This document shows, in pieces, positions 60,959-64,000 of a DNA stretch of 64,000 nucleotides; position 1 is the first letter of the stretch, and each line of letters begins with the position of its first letter. Source of the stretch: Scenedesmus sp. PABB004 (lineage: Eukaryota); NCBI GenBank assembly GCA_014905635.1, contig JABVCE010000004.1:1178001-1242000 (forward strand). Direction: 5' to 3'. Below the pieces are notes generated by a model that worked only from the letters and a program-made list of their open reading frames with translations, had not been told where the DNA came from and made no database searches. The translations under genes and the position numbers were made by a program.

Positions 60959-61929
60959 ATGAGCGTCTCGCTGCACACCAACCTAGGTGACGTGAAGATA
61001 GAGCTCTTCTGCGAGCAGGCGCGCAGCCGCGCGGCGCCCGGCGCGCCGGCGGCGCCGCGAGCGCGGCCGCGGCAGCAGCAGCGGACGCGCCGCCGCCGAC
61101 GCAGGCCCCGCGGGCGTGCGAGAACTTCCTGGCGCTCTGCGCCAGCAACTACTACGATGGCGTCATCTTCCACCGAAACATCAAGGGCTTCATGATCCAG
61201 GGCGGTGCGTGGCGCGCGGCGGCAGCGGCGCCGGCAGCGCCGGCGGCTGCGGCAGCGGCAGCGGCCCCGGCCGAGGCAGCCGGCAGTCACTGAGCAACGC
61301 TGCCGCCCCCCGCCGCCGCCCAGGCGACCCCACGGGCACGGGCAAGGGCGGCAAGTCAATCTACGGCACGCCAAACGGCAAGTTTGCGGACGAGATCAGC
61401 GACGCGCTCAAGCACAGCAAGCGCGGCATCGTCTCCATGGCGAACAGCGGCCCCAACTCCAACGGCAGCCAGTGAGCGCGGGCCGGGCCGGGGCGCGCGC
61501 GCGCAAGCTCGGGCCGCCGCCGGGCGCAGCGGCCAGGCCCGCGCGCGCGGGCACGGGCGCCGGCGCCGCCGACGCCGTCGCCCCGCGCTGCGTGGCGCGG
61601 CAGGTTCTTCATAACCTATAAGGCCCACGCCCACCTCAACGGTGCGCGCCGCTCCCTCGCGCGGCGCCGCGGCGGCGCCGGCGAGCCACGCGCCGCGGGC
61701 CGCGGGCCGGCGCGCGCGCCGCCGCGGGGGCTCCCGGCGCGAGCGTCCCGCTGCCCCGCTGCTGCTGCTGCTGCGCCGCGCAGGCAAGTACACTGTGTTT
61801 GGTCAGGTCATCGATGGCCTGGACACGCTGGACAAGCTCGAAAAGATCCCGGTCGACGGCCAGGACCGGCCCAAGCAGGAGCTGCGCATCAACCGCGTGA
61901 CCATTCACGCCAACCCGCTCGCGGGCTGA
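60959..61929 (+). CDS. PPIL3: Cyclophilin-type PPIase-like 3 (5 exons)
   Basis: [63 protein letters not shown]...[34 protein letters not shown]...TIHANPLAG. Confidence 0.97.
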
Positions 61930-62488
61930 GTCGGCGGCGGGGCGCAGGCGGGCGGGGTCACCGCGGCAGCGGCGGCGGCGGGGGCGGCGGTGCGGCGGGG
62001 CGGCGGCCGCGGCCGCGGCGGGGGCCCGCCCTGAGCAAGGGCGGCGGCGCGCGGCAGGGCAACGGGTCGCCGACGGGCGGGCGGACGCGCAGCGCTTACT
62101 CGCGGCCTGGTAGCCGCTGCGTGGCACGCGCGGCCCGCGTACGCAGCACGCCCCGACCCACGCGCTCCCACCCACGCGGGCCCGGATCCCTCTCGCAGCA
62201 GGCCCCGCACGCAGCGCGTGCGGCGCCGCCGCAGCAATCCTCAGCAGCAATCCGCTCCACGCACACGCGCACGCGCTACATCGGTCGGGCGCGCCCGCGC
62301 CCGCCGAATCCGGCCGGGCTCCTCTCGGCGGCCTGCGAATGCGGCAGGCCGCCGCGCGGGAGGGCGCCCGCGCCGCCGCCCAGCAAAGCTATAAACAGGG
62401 AGGCCGCCGCCGCCCGGCAGCCCCGCGCGCGCTCGGCGGCGCGGCGCGCGGGGGGCCGCCGCGCGGCCGCCCCGGGCGTGCCGGGGGC

Positions 62489-63345
62489 TCAGTGCACGAC
62501 GCCCATCTTCTTGGCCAGGTGCGCCTTGTACTCCCGAATCGTGCCCTTCCACACGCGCACGGTCTGCGGCGCGCAGGGGGCGCGTGCGAGCGTGAGCGGG
62601 GCGGGGCCGGCAGCCGGCCGCGGGCTGCGCCGCCGGGCGCGGGCTGCGCCGCCGGGCGCGGGCTGCGCCGCCGGGCGCGGGCTGCGCCGCCGGGCGTGGC
62701 GCGGCGCGGCGCTGCGCACCTGGTTCTCGCACACCCAGATCTCCTTGGCCACCTGGTCGATGAGCCGAAAGTCGTGGCTCACCAGCACCATGCCGCCCTT
62801 GAAGCCGTTCAGCGCCTCTGTGAGCAAAGCACCGCGCGGCGCGGGGCGGGGCAGGGCGGGGCGGGGCGGGGCGGGGCGGGTCAGCAGAGGCCGCGGCGCC
62901 GGCCAGCGGGGGAGGAGTGGCGCGGGCCGGCGGCGGCGGCGCGCGTAAGTGCGGGCGGCGCGCGGGCGGGGCGCGGGCGCGCACCTGCGAGGGAGTCGAT
63001 GGCCTCGATGTCTGCGGGCCCCCCACACGCGCGCGCAGCGGGCGGCGCCGTCAGCACGGGCGCGGCATCAGCATGGGCGCGGCGCGGCGCGGCGCAGCGC
63101 GCGGCGGCGCGGCGCAGCGCGCGGCGGCGCGGCGGCGCACCGAGGTGGTTGGTCGGCTCGTCCAGCAGCATCATGTTGTGGTTCTGGCGGGGTTTTGAGG
63201 GCGGCGCGGTGGCGGCGGTTTGGCGGGGCGGCGGCGCGGCGCGAGGGGCGGCGCGGCGTGGCGCCGCGCGCGCCCGCCTCCAGTCGCAACGAGGGGCGCC
63301 GCCGAGGCCCGGGCCGCCCCTTCATGACCCCCCCCCCCCCCACCA

Positions 63346-63379
<34 letters not shown>

Positions 63380-63721
63380 CCAGCCAGCCAGCCAGCCCCC
63401 CGCACCTTCATGCACATCATGCCAAAGATCAGGCGGCTCTTCTGGCCCTCGCTCAGCATGCCAATCTTGTTGGTCTGAGCGCGGGGCAGCGGGGCAGGGG
63501 AGAGAGAGAGGGGGGCAGGGGGCGTGAGGCGGGTGATGAGGCGTGCAGGGGCGGGGGGCGGCGCGGGGCGCACGCGGCGCGCGGGGCGCCGGCGGGCGCG
63601 CAGGCGGGCACGGCGCATCGCCGCCGCGTGCCTGCAGGCGGCCGGTGATGCCGAAGCGTCCGAGGAAGGCGCGCCACTCGTCCTCCTCGCGCTTGAAGCC
63701 GGGGCCGTTGGGGTAGGTGAA
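62489..63721 (-). CDS. ABCF-family ATPase (ABCF2/Arb1-like), 3' part; gene continues beyond the window
   Basis: [20 protein letters not shown] signature, [50 protein letters not shown]; includes a 27-nt exon at 62985-63011. Confidence 0.95.
62619..62694. repeat. 19-bp minisatellite x4 in an ABCF intron
   Basis: CGCGGGCTGCGCCGCCGGG, four perfect copies. Confidence 0.95.
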
Positions 63722-63796
63722 CTGCGGGCGTGTGCGCGCGCAGCGCGTGTGAGCGTGGGGCTGGGGCTCGCCGGCCCGCGCTCGTGCTGAGGCTCG

Positions 63797-64000
63797 CACC
63801 CACCCACCCACCCACCCACCCACCCACCCACCCACACCCACCCACCCACCCACCCACCCACCCCCCACACCCACCCACCCACCCACCCACCCACCCACCC
63901 ACCCACCCACCCACCCACCCACCCACCCACCCACCCACCCACCCACCCACCCACCCACCCACCCACACCCACCCACCCACCCACCCACCCACCCACCCAC
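63797..64000. repeat. (CCCA)n / (TGGG)n microsatellite in an ABCF intron, running off the window
   Basis: About 200 bp of nearly pure CCCA units. Confidence 0.98.

Noticed and set aside
62619..62694. CRISPR-like array (also 37608-37642 and the 9-bp repeat near 42968-43014)
   Set aside because: Head-to-tail repeats without spacers, no cas genes, eukaryotic context.
1..64000. Hundreds of long overlapping Arg/Ala/Pro/Gly-rich ORFs in the six-frame track
   Set aside because: Stop codons are rare at this GC content. These are shadow frames or intron read-throughs of the spliced genes.
63797..64000. Telomere
   Set aside because: The unit is CCCA, not the CCCTAAA/CCCTAAAA type of green algae, and it lies inside an intron of a gene that continues.
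1..64000. Alternative genetic code or selenocysteine
   Set aside because: Conserved proteins translate with the standard code. TGA and TAG occur at the expected termini, and no in-frame stop was needed in any model.

Overview
Eukaryotic nuclear DNA with extremely high GC (by eye roughly 75-80%), dense in genes and introns. The splice signals (GTGCG/GTGAG...CGCAG, CTCAC/CTGAC branch points), a Chlamydomonas-like IFT74 and plastid-type proteins point to a chlorophyte green alga, probably Sphaeropleales (inference). Most long ORFs in the supplied track are high-GC artefacts. I rebuilt 23 spliced genes by hand, in order: TFIIS (3' end), J-domain protein, ACS-family MFS transporter, coiled-coil protein, second J-domain protein, PP2A scaffold A subunit, LRR-TM-tandem nucleotide cyclase receptor, DHYC-variant palmitoyltransferase, Ppx/GppA phosphatase, DSS1/SEM1, Rab18, CSPP1-like protein, PDZ-like protein, multi-pass membrane protein, CAP+B-lectin secreted protein, WD40-low-complexity-RRM protein, ornithine aminotransferase, TARBP1/Trm3, IFT74, small plastid membrane protein, GNAT, cyclophilin PPIL3, and ABCF (3' end). 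The most notable observations are: a plant-like LRR receptor wired to two cyclase domains with complementary catalytic residues; about 15 GC-AG introns; a near-identical ~520-bp direct repeat bracketing a J-protein gene; a WD40/prion-like/RRM fusion; a palmitoyltransferase that has lost two ligands of one zinc site; and two C5-run frameshifts. No rRNA, tRNA, CRISPR or transposase was recognised. All gene models were read manually and not checked by search.
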